Of a DNA stretch of 64,000 nt, positions 1 to 12,017 are shown piece by piece. Source of the DNA: Massalongia carnosa (Eukaryota). Location: NCBI GenBank assembly GCA_965645245.1, contig OZ287072.1, positions 1,240,001 to 1,304,000 of the forward strand. Reading direction: 5' to 3'. The position numbers were made by a program, and so were the translations under genes. Numbering within the stretch: position 1 is the stretch's first letter; each line of letters begins with the position of its first letter. The notes under the pieces were generated by a model. It saw only the letters and a program-made list of their open reading frames with translations. It was not told the DNA's origin and searched no databases.

Positions 1-488
1 GCCAAGGACGAAATTCGTCGCCGCGTCCGTAACGTTCTCACTAACCGTACCGTCGTCCTGCCCGCCTCGCAATTCCTACCCGAGGAAATGGAATTCCGCT
101 ACGTGCGCACCATCGCGATGGTGTGCGCAGCGTACGCGGCCAACGTGCTTGAGAATGCGTTGGCGACGCTGGGACATGAGGCGCGGGAGAGGGCGTTCGC
201 GCAGGTGGATGAGTTGTTGGCCGAGTATTCCCAGTGGCCGTTTGGGAAGCGGGTGGGGGGCGGGCAGGGGATTGGAGCGAATCTAGGGCAAGTAATTACG
301 AATGAGGTGAATGGATCCAAGCATAAGGAGTTGCAGCTAGAGGTATGTTTTTTCTTTCGCCTTCCCCTGACGAGTCGTCTGTTTCAAGGGCTATCGCAAC
401 AAAGCAATACTAACTCGGGCCCGACCAAAACCACCAGGTCGTAGCAGCGTGCTTAAGCGTCTTCACTAGACTCGACTCCCTCTTATAA
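1..488 (+). CDS. 3' end of a fungal hypothetical protein (5' part lies outside the window)
   Basis: Frame is open from base 1 (AKDEIRRRVRNVLTNRTVVLP...KELQLE). Intron 343-437 has GTATGT, TACTAAC and CAG signals. The last exon reads VVAACLSVFTRLDSLL* and ends at TAA 488. Confidence 0.75.
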
Positions 489-1801
489 ACCCGACTTCTC
501 TTGCATCCTATATCCCGTATTTATCTTGCCAGCTGCCAGGAAGTAGTTTTGTTTCTCGACCCTTTATTTAGCCTCTATCTGTTTCTGCAAACCTTTGTCC
601 TATTTTCAGTAGTGAAGCCCAAAAGGGCCAGGGAATGGTAGAGCCGTGGAGGGGGTTTACGACTACAATGTTTCCAAAAAAAAAAAAACTCCAAAACTCC
701 CAAACCTTCCTTCTATCCTCCTTTTCCAACCAAACGAACATAGTACCTAGAGCCATGCAGAGCGGGGATGTACTGTCATCTTCATTTACCTACCTACCCA
801 CCTATAAACCTCGTTCTCCGCAACATTCCCCTGCCCTTTTATCAAGAGCTTTGGATTCTAAACCCAGGTATTGCAATCTCAGTTCTCCGGATCCTACTCG
901 TCGCAAACAGAACCGAACTTGCGTTTATCCGTCTGCTTTTGTTTTTTTTTTAGCTTTACCGCTCCCAAAGGGGCATGGATGGGGGGAGGGAGTGGGGAGG
1001 GAATTGGGGGGGGGGGGGTTCTATTCGGTGGTTGTGGTGAGGAGGAGGGTGTTAGTTTTTCGTCTTCTCCTTCATTTCAACTCTTCGCCTCTACTCATAT
1101 ATTTCCCCCCCTCCTTCTCGACTTCCCAAGCACTTTCGCCGCCGCGTCATGCTATTCTCACGCAATGTATCGAACCCGCCAACCCCCCCGACCCAAAAAA
1201 AAAAAACCACCTTACTCATTTATGTACATACATCAAAAATCAAAACTCCCCGACCAAAAACCAATTTATACGAGAACACACCAGAGGGTAACAGACAGCT
1301 CCCTTTCCAAATCTTTCCCCCCTCCCCCCCCCCCTTTTTGTTTTAGGGGAACGGAATCCTGACTCGTGGAACCACAAACGAATTTGTTGGTTGATATGAT
1401 GCATCAGCCAACCACCAGTTTCGTTCCGGATCTTCCTTTTGCGCGCGCGCGCGCTCGCGAGCTCTCTCACTCTCCTCCTGTCTGTGAAAGGAACAGGGCA
1501 GAGCACAAGCCAGAAACGGAGGAAGACGAGAAAAGGAAGGGAAAAAAGACGATGATGCGTGGAAGAAGGATGTCCGATGATGAGCTTTGGCTTGGCTTGA
1601 CTGGACCGGTTTGAGTATCGCTTTTTCTTTGCTCTACTTTGTTTTTCGTCCTTTCTTTCTCTCTTTTCTTCTCCTTCTCTCCGTCCGTCCGATAGCATCC
1701 GTCCGTAAATAGCCTCTACCCACCTAAATAACCTCGGGATTTGGGGGAGGGGGGATAAGGGGAGGAAGGTAGGTGGTGGGTTATTAGTGAGCTTTGCGGG
1801 T

Positions 1802-1829
1802 GGGGACGGGGACGGGGACGGGGACGGGA
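1802..1829 (+). repeat. (GGGGAC)n hexanucleotide repeat
   Basis: ggggacggggacggggacggggacggga. Confidence 0.9.
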
Positions 1830-2623
1830 ATTGGTTCTTGGAACGTTGGGAGCAAGAGGATTAAGCATGTGCTGAGTTGGGGGGAAAAACTACGTTGTTA
1901 AAAATTTGAACTCCAAACTTTTGGTTGGGATTAGGGTTTGAATTGCATGAACTCGTCTCTCTCGCTCCTGAATCACCGACATCACCGACCACGTTCGCGC
2001 AGGAAACGCTTTCCCACCTCGCTGCTGAGGGAGGTGGGGAAAGAAAACCGGGAGTTTCAACCGGAAAGAACACCAAAGCGAGATGTAGGTGAAAGACGAA
2101 GATAAGTAACCCCGCTGTTTTCAGCCAATGTTACAAAGAATTGGAAAATTTGAAAGGAAAAGGACAGAACAAGCCAAAGCGCTGTCCTATCCCGGGCCAT
2201 TGGTCTAACAACTCCTTCTCGCCCTTTCTCCACGCCAACACCCTAGGTACAATAGCTAACGACTCCTTTTGCCGCCAAGAGTAGAGTTTGATAGATGGGA
2301 ACCGAGAATGTGGTTTGATGAAAAGTCATCAAGGCGATGCCGTTTTCAACAACGTCGACCGAAAGAATATCACATGCATAGGCTAACAGCATAAACACAA
2401 TCATCTAACATACGTTACATCGCCCTCAAGGGTGAGGCCCGAAAGGCGGTGTTTCCCCAAAGGGAAAGCCTAGGAGCAAAGGACGCCAAGGTACGCAACG
2501 TGTTAACGCCACGCTAGACACAAACGCCGGCGCTACAAGCTGTGCACTGAGGAACAAGAATCCGAAGACGAAGAGCAACAGCAGCTCGGGAAAAGGCACG
2601 GTAGCATTGGTGCGACGACAGCT

Positions 2624-4020
2624 TCAAGTGGCATTTTCAGCCCACTGAGTGTCGTTGATAAAGGTCTCCCAGCTCCCGTCAATGACTGGGGTACCAGTGC
2701 CGCTACCGTGGGAACTGTTGCTCCGGGTGAACATCTGGCCTTTGGTGTAATCGGGGAGGCCACCGTCAAAGCCAAGCTGGAACGGTGGCGAGGCGAACGC
2801 GGCCGAGGTTGACGGCGGTGAACTCGTCACGTTCTGTGGTGATATGTCCAAGGCGCTTGGAGCAAGCGTTGCGCTCATACCGTCATATGAGGAATGAAAA
2901 TTTTGTTGCTTCGAGACTGACGCTGGGGTGGAGTTGTAGTACGGCTGCATGAAGCTCTCGCTCCCAGCCATAAACATGGTTGTCAACGGATCAGGTGAAC
3001 CCCACAGCCCGCCTAGCATGAACTGCGTCTCTGTGGGCAAGGATGTGGTCAGTGGACCAAGATCATAACCAGGCAGGTTCGCCCACGGTCGCTGCTGAGG
3101 TTGAGGCTGAACTTGAGCCTGAGGTTGGGACGGAGGCTGTGGAGGTGCCTGCATCTGCCCCGGTGACTTGGCGTCCGGATTAGCGGCATAAGTCGGTGAG
3201 ACTGGATTCTGACCGGTGTACGAGGGGGACGGCTGTTGCACCTTAGGCCTGGACTGTTGAATCTGTGGGGTCTGGGCTGCTCCTGGCGGCGATGACGATT
3301 TGGCTGGCATGGACATCCTACGCTGCTCGACCTGGATAGGAGCTTGGACCGGACTGGGCGTTGCAGCTGGCTGGGTATACGCAGGCGTATCATGGGGTCC
3401 TGGGATTGACGCAGAACGGAAATGTTGCACGGAACGATAGCTGGGCGTCCCTGTAGCCATGTTGTATGGCGACTGGACATATTGTTGAGGTGATTGCTGT
3501 TGGGGCATGTCGTGAGTCATGAACGGCGACGGGTACATACTCTGATGATTGTGGGCGAACTGCGGGGCATTCGGGTACTGTTGGGCGTAAGAACTCGTAA
3601 TGGCTTGATCGAGAGCGCTTCGCATGGCCACATGATTCGTAAGGTAGGCCGAGAGGCGTCGATTGAAATCGGCCGAACCGGTTTGCAGGTGAGCAGTCAG
3701 TCGCCTGTACTGAATGGGCAACTCGTCATCTTCCTCTTCGTACATCTCCTCGTTAATCACATCTTGCTCTGTTACGCGCAACGAGCGACCGGTGCGACGC
3801 TTGTGAATTTCGGACGCACGGCGTGCAGACTCGACGCGGGCCTCCAAGCTTCGATCGCTTCTTCGAGAAGCGGCGATGTAGGCACTAGAATGTCTCAGCA
3901 GAGCTCCCAGGACAGCAAGTTAAGCAAGCCGAGGATTCACACATACCGCTCTTGATTCTCTTCGTGAGTTCTTTCGGTCTTGATCGCCTTGGACGGCGGC
4001 ACCGTACGCTGAGGCGGCAT
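2624..4020 (-). CDS. Fungal protein of unknown function with a basic N-terminal domain and Q/P/S-rich tail (regulator-like)
   Basis: ATG at 4020 in CACC context; intron 3885-3946 (GTATGT...CTAG). Spliced N-terminus MPPQRTVPPSKAIKTERTHEENQERAYIAASRRSDRSLEARVESARRASEIHKRRTGRSLRVTEQDVINEEMYEEEDD joins the 407-aa ORF. The low-complexity tail ends in an acidic/aromatic WETFIND motif. Confidence 0.8.
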
Positions 4021-7000
4021 GGTGGTTTAAGGTGGCAAGGATTAGGGCGGAGGATGGTCGGTTACGGTGCAGAGTGTCTATAGGCAGCAAATTGATAAAA
4101 AAAAAATTTCAGTGGGTGGCGAATGGACGATTGATGTATGCGATCGAATGCCGACGTTAGATGTTAGGGAGGCGATCAATCAACCTTTGGGATTCGAGTG
4201 TGAAATGTGTTGATTGTTATTCGGATGGTTGCCTGGAACGGGAGGAGGTTAACCGTCCCTCGCTATAGTACTGGGTGACTATTTGGGGGGTTCCGAGGTA
4301 GGCGTTCGGACGCGGGAAGTAGGAGCGTTAGTGAGGCGGACTTGGCCAACGTCTTTTTCGAAACACCGAGATAAGGCGAACGAATAGCACTTGAGGCTGC
4401 GACGAGATGTCCGAAGGGGTTTGTTTTCTATCTTTCTTCTCTTTCGATATGGCGTTGATGAAGTATATGCGAAATGGAAAGACAATAAGGAACAAGAAAG
4501 GAAAAGGGTGGTTCGTTTAGGTTGCCAGTGGCGTGTTGGGGAGGGAAAGTTTGTTTCGATGTTCGGAGTCGCGATGGCGAGGGATTCCTTAGGCTAAAGA
4601 TCGATCTTGGAACTTTTGGGGATTGCGGAGGTCAAAGGCTTTTTCGCACATACGCTGCCACTCCCAAGCACTTCGGTTCACGCAGTGCGCAAGGAGTTGT
4701 TCGTTCGGCCCGGAGGCGTGAGAGTCGATTCCAACGGATTGTGAGGATGGAGAAAATTGGAAAGAGGAGAAAGAAAAGTTGCGAAGGAACAGGAGGGAAC
4801 CGGGGGATGATAATTGAAGGGACAAGAAACCGACAACTTTCCGTTCATGAGCCTAACGTCACCACCGAGTGACTTCCCACGTCCATCATGGGGGCTTGGA
4901 AGTGAAAGTTTGAGTTGCGCCATCACCGTAAAAGTCTATTTGTTTCCATTTCCCCCATCATCGCTATCAACGGAGGATCAACGGAGGGGGGATTAGGGGA
5001 AATTCAGGGAAAGCCAGGGAAAGCGGGGGGATTCGCTCAACGAGCAGCCACAACTCGACCGAATAGGAGATAGCACCGTTCCCTGTCGGTTTATCCCCCC
5101 CTCCATGTCCTCCGGAAAAGAGGGAATCCGAACCTCTTCTGCATCTTCCGCATCTTCCGCATCTTCCGCGTCCTCCGCACTGTCCTTCGGCCAATCAGCA
5201 GGAACGCTCTAGCCTGATGGGTGTGAGCTAATCAAGGATCGATCTCATGGGCTAGTCCCACTCGGACTAGCCGGAGATGATCACGATACATCGAGACAAG
5301 CGACAAATTAGGGTTATGCATCTGAGATCTGACTCTCCTCGCTTATCGTGTTTTCTATTTGGGTCCACCCGACTAACCTGTTGCTGGACACTTTGTACCC
5401 GCTTTTTCCACTTTCTTTGGAGTTCTTTCGGTTCTCGCATCATCGCCAGCCAACCGCCACAACGCCCCCCCCCCCCTGCCTTGATCCCTTGGAACGATCA
5501 GGTCAGAGGTCCCAATCAGTCCCCATCAGGCCCAGCCAGGCCTACCCAGGCCCCCACACCTTTCCCGTCTTCCGATCTCTTCAAACCCCCCCCACTCCCA
5601 ACCCAATCTCACCAGCAGGCGCCTCGTCTGCTTGAACGAAGAAAGTATACTCTGTACAGACCACAGACCACAGACCATAAATAATCATCGGAAGAGTACT
5701 CGGGAAACACGGACTGGTAATATGGTTTTCCAGCGACGAGAGTTGGGGAGGAGCCAGCTCGTCTGTGTTCGTGATTAGTAGTTCGACCATCAGGGATCTC
5801 CTTGCGTCCCGGAGTCAGCTCTGACAAATCCCGTTACAGTACTCTACACGCCTGACGGAGTACGGAGCTAGGACCCACGGATATGGCTCCGCAGACGATG
5901 GTCTAGGCCCTCATGCTGTCATACATGACGGATCTTGCATAAGAGATTCCCGAGATTCGATGCAAGTGTGAGAGGAACAAGCAATTCTACAGATGGCTTC
6001 GACAAGACCTGCCTGTCTTTGCAGAAAACGGACGGGCGTATGCTGTACCTACCTATGAAAGTGAATGCCATTCGCAGCGGTGCAACTGCAGATCGTCGAG
6101 TCGATTAGGTCCGCGTCACTCTGGCCTGAGTGGCTGCTCCAACAGTCCACATGTGTACCTATATCTTCTACTTCCCATCTCCCCCCAAAGCCTCGCTTGT
6201 ACGATGTTACCAACTCCCATCAAAATCGGTTGACAGTACCCATGATAATGTATCCCGTCAATCCATCGAAAATCCAAGCTTTCTGGTGCTACGTACCAAG
6301 AATAGATAGATAAACTCGTGAGGTACAATGTAGAGAGTATTCAATCCATCCCTCCCTGGGGCTCTGTTCTTCGTTGCTTAGTCTCCAATAAAATCCGATC
6401 ACACCAAGTACTAGCGACCCAAGCAAATCCCTTGCCTACGAGCGTGGCTTTAGGTGCTTCTCCATCTGCAATGCAGGACGCTCGAGCAAAAAGCCAATCG
6501 TCAAAATCACAACAACACACGCGCACATAACCGGCGTCGTTTCGATCCATGGGTCCGAGGCTGGGCGCACACGTATCGTGCGATGCCCAAAACAGTTCAG
6601 TTGGTCCTTCGGCAAGAGGGGAGCTGCCGGCGGGTATCGATACCAAACAGTGCCGTGCATGATCGGATGGAAATTTGCTTTTGGTTTGGGGTTTCATTCG
6701 TTCAGCTAAGGCAAGCACCAATGGAGAGAGTGCACTTGTGCCCAGGTGGCAAAGTCTCGTAATCAACCTTCTTTCCCCCTCTCTGTCTATCCCCTATATT
6801 TCCTTCTGTCTATCCTTCTATGTTTTCACTACATATCATATCATAGGCGAACGCAGAAAAAAGAAAAGAAAAGAAAAAACTCTACGAATCAACGAGTCGG
6901 TAGCGCTGAGAAACGGGTTCACCGCCCCAAGCCATGCATTCGCCAATCACTCCAGCAGAACCAGCAACTATTAGTTAGACATTCACGGATACCTACCTAT

Positions 7001-8750
7001 CTCCCGTCCGAACTACCTTTCAATTGTTTTCCAATCAGTCTTCCTGCAACCAAAAACTAAAATACACACCTGCGCAAAACCCTCTCGATCCGAAGCCTCG
7101 AGGATGGACCCGATTATGCCAGTATTTTGGGAAGCTCCTTTACTTCCATCTATATCTTGTAGATACAAGGTCAGATACTCCAATATCAGAGAAGAACCAC
7201 CGATGCAGTGTTCTGATGTAACCATACCCAACCCCTTGCAGTTTGGGTGATAAGTTGCAGAGTGCATGAGAAGGGAAGTATCTCTCCCTTGACCACTCTG
7301 TAAGGCAAGCATTACACGGTCCATGCCCCCCCGTAAGCGAAAACCTCCTCAAAAGCGTTATGTACAATACCGTTTGCCAAAAACCCATACACGTTTCGCT
7401 ATCGCATATGTATTCTCTTCTGTGCAACAAGTTCCTTCTCGATGTAGAGTACCACCGCCATGATGCAATATCCGAGTATCTCCTTGTGCTGCTCCTATCT
7501 TCACTCAACCTGTTCGACTCTCTCTTTCATTTTTCATGCAAAGGCCTTGGAAATTGGTTTGGGGTGGACACAATCGCTTTATTACTACATACATACATTC
7601 ATTCTGCCTTTCCGTGCGTCTTCGCCTCTTCCGGCATTCCTTTACTGCCGTTCCCCATAACACCTTCTGCCGTTGCAACTCACTCTTGCAAATCTACCTT
7701 TGTCTCTTTCGGTCCGTGATTCAATCCCCCCCCCCCCCCTCTCTCTCTCTCTCTCCAGCTCTTCCCCATCACATACTAAGCCACCCAACATCAAAGAATA
7801 GATATACGATTGGGGTTAAGCGTACATATGTGATCATCCAAAGCCCGGTGGAGGATCTATCCAGGCTCCATATGTATAATCCTAGCCTATAGGTATCCGA
7901 TCTATCCATGCCGGAGCATCCTCCGGGCATGCGGTAGAAAGTCCTACAGGAGGATCTACCTATCTATTAGCAATCACACAACAGGGGCGAAGATCCGCCC
8001 ATTCACCAACTCAATAAACCATCCAGCCTACCACACCCCCATGAACCCATATGTATCTCAACCCCCTTATCATTCTCATTCCCGTCCCCATTCTCAATCA
8101 CCCCCACGCATGAACCAAAAATTTCACATCACGACCAACTGGCCTTACCAGCCAGCCGATTGCTGTTCCTGTTCTTAGTTTGGGTTTACATAGGTAGGTG
8201 GGACGCGGCAGCTTCGGAAGGACAGAAGCGCCTAATCAAATCTCTTATGGGGTCTGTTCGTTGCCTACTTGCTTAGTTACTTGGTTAGTTAAGGAATAGT
8301 AGGTGTGTACTGCTAGATAGGTAGTTAGGTAAATGGTGATGTTGATGGTGAGGAGATGCAAGTGGCCCGGTGCTGCTAAGAGAGAGCGTGGGGAGGCGGA
8401 AAGAGGGCAATCGTGATAAGATACCTATCGGTGCGGTCAGGTCTCGTCTGTGTGTACCTTAGGAGATATGTAGATACATTACTCCATGCCTATCCCGACT
8501 GCCCTCGTCTATTTGGAGGTTGAAAGGGCAGCAAGGAGGAGGTATCGTCTAGGTAATTATCCAGCAATAAGGGAAGGTAAGGATTGTGAATCAGAAAGAA
8601 AATCTCGCAGGAGCATTGAGCGGCGAAACGAATATTTTTTCTTTCCAGCTCGCATTTTCGCTAGACGACTTCAACAGCTGTAAGTTACGCAAAACGTCTG
8701 CGTGATGAAGAGTTGCAGTCATAACTGCCCAGACTTCGCTTTCCAAACAC

Positions 8751-10507
8751 TCACTTGCCCTTCCCTCCAGCCACAGCCTTTGCCCTAAAACTTCCCTCGA
8801 ACCCCGGTCTCCCCTTCCTCTTCTTCTTCTTCTGGGAATCCCCTCCTCCACTTTTCTTTCTTCCCTTTTCCTCTCTCCTTTTGCGAATGTTATCCTCCCT
8901 CCGCTTCGCCCTAACAGCTTTCCCCTTCTCCACACCTTCGACCCGCTCCCCCCACTCGCGCTCGCTCTTTCGCTTGGTGAGCTCCTTGCGCTTAAGCGTA
9001 CGCTTCAGCAGTCCCGCGTCGTCGCGCACTCGCTCCCCCTGCGCGCGTTTCTTTGCATTGAGCCATAAATCCTTCTCGGCAATGTCATCGCGTTTCGCGG
9101 CGTCGAGCGCTGAAAGCCGAGTTTGCTTATTCTGCACCGCCTGCAGAGCTGTAAGGGGGTCTTGGGGCCCTTTTTGACGGGGAGCGGGGAGCACGGTGGA
9201 GAGTTCGGCGGAAGCTTTTTGGCCATTGGTAAAGGCGATACGGCCAAAGGAGAAACTGCAGGCGGGCGAGGAGGGGCGGGGGGGGAGGGTTTGCCTTGTC
9301 TTGGTGGAGCCTGAACTGGAGCCGAGGAGGAGGGGCGAGCCGCGAGCTAGGAGCTCCTTTTGCTTCTGCAGCTCTTCGTCTCTTGCTTTTTGGCGAAGCT
9401 CTTTCTTATGGGCTTTGCGCTCCTCTTCTTTGCGCCGGCGCGCTTCCATAAGCTCCTGGCGATTTCGCGCTGGGTTGCCATTTAGTCCGTCGGCTTTTCT
9501 AGCTGCACGGAGGAACTCAATCCGTTGTTGTAGTCGCGTTTTGAGCTCTTCCGGATCGGGCTTAGGGGACCTTATCTCGGCCAGAGGCTTATCGGACTTT
9601 GAAATTTCAGCATTTATAGGCGGGGCGATCGACGAGATTGACGAGGAACCGGATTGGAATGTTGATGTGTCGAATCCGGGTGATTGAGGGGCGGGAGAAG
9701 GTGTTGCGGTTGATGCGGAGGAAGCACCATTAGGGGATTTATCGAGTATATTCTCAGCATCAATTTGGTTCATATCCTCAGTTCGAGGGTCTTCGTCAAG
9801 ATCATTCACGCCATTGGCCATAACATCGATTTTCATTGAAGCCTCCTGCTCCTTCTGCTGCTTCTTGGCTTCCCGCTTGGCCGCCTTCGCTTCCTCCTTT
9901 TCTTTCCGAAGCCGTTTCTTTTCCCTTCTCGCCGCTGCCCTGATTGTCTTGGTTACTTCAATATCTGCTTCAGTACCCTTCACGCCATTAGCGTCACCTT
10001 GCCTAGGTCTCTCAGTCTTAGTTGTTTCTCCTACCTTTGTCTCTCGTTTCTGCTTCTTTACCAGCTTACCCGCCCTTTTTGCCTCATGCATGGAAACTTC
10101 TGACACGACGCCTTCTATCTCGGATACTTCATCTTCGTCACGCTTTCGTTTTCGAGCATTCTCATCCATCACGTCCTTGGCACTTTTCGCATTATCCGGG
10201 TCCAGCTTTGCCTTTTTAGCATTCTTCTTTTCTTCCTTCGTTTGCTTCTTCCTATGCCATTGATCCTACAATAGTATCGTCTATTAGCAAAGGCTCCAAG
10301 AAGCTACGATGGTGGCGATAGAGTTTGATTTTAGATTACTCTGTACCTACACTTGTATCTTCTCCATAATAGAGTTTTGCAGGGATCAACTGTAGAAGCC
10401 CATCAAACGCCTTCGCATGACTTCTCAGCCGGTCCTGTTCATGATAAGTACAGAATTACAATTTGTATCGTTTTGGCTTTCCGACGAACCTCGAGACTTT
10501 CTGACAT
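8751..10507 (-). CDS. RRP14: Ribosome biogenesis protein Rrp14 / Surfeit locus protein 6 family
   Basis: Exons MSESLE / DRLRSHAKAFDGLLQLIPAKLYYGEDTS / DQWHRKKQTKEE... match the RRP14 N-domain. The SURF6 C-domain (GERVRDDAGLLKRTLKRKE...KSEREWGER...RPGFEG) is present. Confidence 0.9.
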
Positions 10508-10647
10508 GAAGGTTCAAGATTGCGGATTCTCTCACAACTACCGGATGAGAGTGTATAAGTCTAAATTGAGAATAATCTCCAGCTTGATCCGATAGTAATT
10601 TTTTAAGCAGACGTCAAGTCGTTGAATGCACCATAAGTTATGTTGAT

Positions 10648-10673
10648 GATGAGGCAAAAATTCCGGGTGAAAA
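10648..10673. promoter_or_regulatory. PAC-like (GATGAG) and RRPE-like (AAAAATT / TGAAAA) motifs upstream of RRP14
   Basis: GATGAG 10648-10653, AAAAATT 10656-10662 and TGAAAA 10668-10673 lie about 150 bp upstream of a ribosome-biogenesis gene. The motifs are short and could be chance. Confidence 0.3.
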
Positions 10674-11351
10674 TGTGTGGCTTTGAAATCTTGGCCTTCT
10701 CGCTTAGTTAGACGTAACTTAATAGTTATAGGAAACCCCACCATCTGTACTCTGTACTCAGTATGGAGTATTTTCATAATTTTACAAAGCGACAATAGCA
10801 TCTACAAAAGACATTCACAGCTTGCGACTCAATAGCTAAGATGAGCAGAAGTGTCAAGGTACCATTTGAACCAACAATTAATAGTTACCGTAGAGATTTT
10901 AGTGTGATGGGGCCTTAAATATTAAGTCCTGCTATTGCTACGCACTTTTGTTATGCCTCCGGAATTACAAATCTCGAACCTTTGGCTTCACAGAAATCTT
11001 TTTTCAAATTTTCATTCGGGAGACTTGACCTTCAAATTTCTCCTTTTCTTTTTTGATTCTTTACTTACTGCGCTCAACAAACACGCCGTGGAAGATTATC
11101 CCGTTACAACGAAAAGTTTTTAGAAAAGCAATGAAAACCTTTGGAGAAAGGTCTGACTACGTTAGGACAAGAATGGAAAGTATGAACAGCACGAAGCACG
11201 GGGTCGACAGGCTATAGATGATAGAGGCGGAGATGAGCGAAAGGACGAGGAGGGCAAGAAGGATGGGAAGAGGGTATAGGAGGTGAAGGAGGTGCAGGGG
11301 GGTCATTATGGGAGGCTCTGATGAAAGGTGGAAGTACCTTAGGACATGATT

Positions 11352-11602
11352 TAAACAATAAACTTTGAACGTTCAAATGATGTTTTATGAATGAATGTGT
11401 GACAAACTTTCAGAAATGGCGGTCGATCGTCCTAGAAGACATTTCATAAAACGTCGATTTTGCGCTATAAAGTTTAGAAAAACCACTTGCTTTCGTGGGT
11501 TCTCGACTCCCTTCGAGTGGTAGCAGCATCAACTAAGGGGTGTAGCGTCTACAAATTATGGTTGGACGGCTACATCGTTGTCACTCGATGGAAAGCTCAA
11601 TA
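11352..11602 (+). ncRNA. Candidate structured ncRNA (two long hairpins with a box-H-like hinge; possible H/ACA snoRNA)
   Basis: Helices 11379-11391/11443-11455 (13 bp), 11513-11524/11577-11588 (12 bp, 3 G-U), 11539-11546/11569-11576 and 11489-11494/11591-11596. AGAAAA hinge at 11476-11481; no long ORF. Confidence 0.35.
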
Positions 11603-12017
11603 TTTTTTTAGCAAACTCACAGCGCCACCGCTTGTCTATCCTTGATAATCAAACGCTATACGGAGTAGGACATCCATGACCGAGTAGTGAGAGTTGATTA
11701 GATATTTCGAAAGCCTCACGATCCAATACAATACATATAACAAGCAATCATAAGGCTAGGCGGGCGACAATACGAAATTGTCAGTTATCTAGGCTATACT
11801 CTAAGCTAATTGCCACGGAGGAAGTGAAACATCTCATATTTCTATATTTCATACGAGTGTTTTGTGTGACACGAGACATCCAGATGGCATATTTTGTCTC
11901 ATGCGGAAACTGTACTTGATTTATTAGATTTCGATTCAAACTAGTAGAGCAGAGTATCTATCCTAGGAATGTCCTTGACTGTTAACTTACCTAGAGCATA
12001 GATAGAACTAACGCTCG

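Noticed and set aside
635..1698. Several 150-220 aa ORFs between the first two genes
   Set aside because: Low-complexity, homopolymer-driven frames in convergent 3' UTR/terminator DNA, with no recognisable motifs.
5308..5316. TTAGGGTTA, the reverse complement of a 9-nt telomerase template (UAACCCUAA)
   Set aside because: A 9-mer has roughly an even chance of occurring in this much sequence. No template-boundary helix or pseudoknot was found, and it sits in the probable promoter of the gene starting at 4020.
5277..8683. Many short overlapping ORFs in the 4.7-kb intergenic region
   Set aside because: No domain motifs or consistent splice structure. More likely promoter DNA and the RRP14 3' region.
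8755..10263. Long antisense ORFs over RRP14 (similar ones over MSH2, YCS4, MSN5 and VID27)
   Set aside because: Shadow frames explained by the codon bias of the real gene on the opposite strand.
11318..11345. CTGATGA followed by the hairpin AAGGT/ACCTT, resembling a hammerhead ribozyme core
   Set aside because: The required GAAA after helix II is absent (AGGAC instead), and helices I and III cannot be formed.
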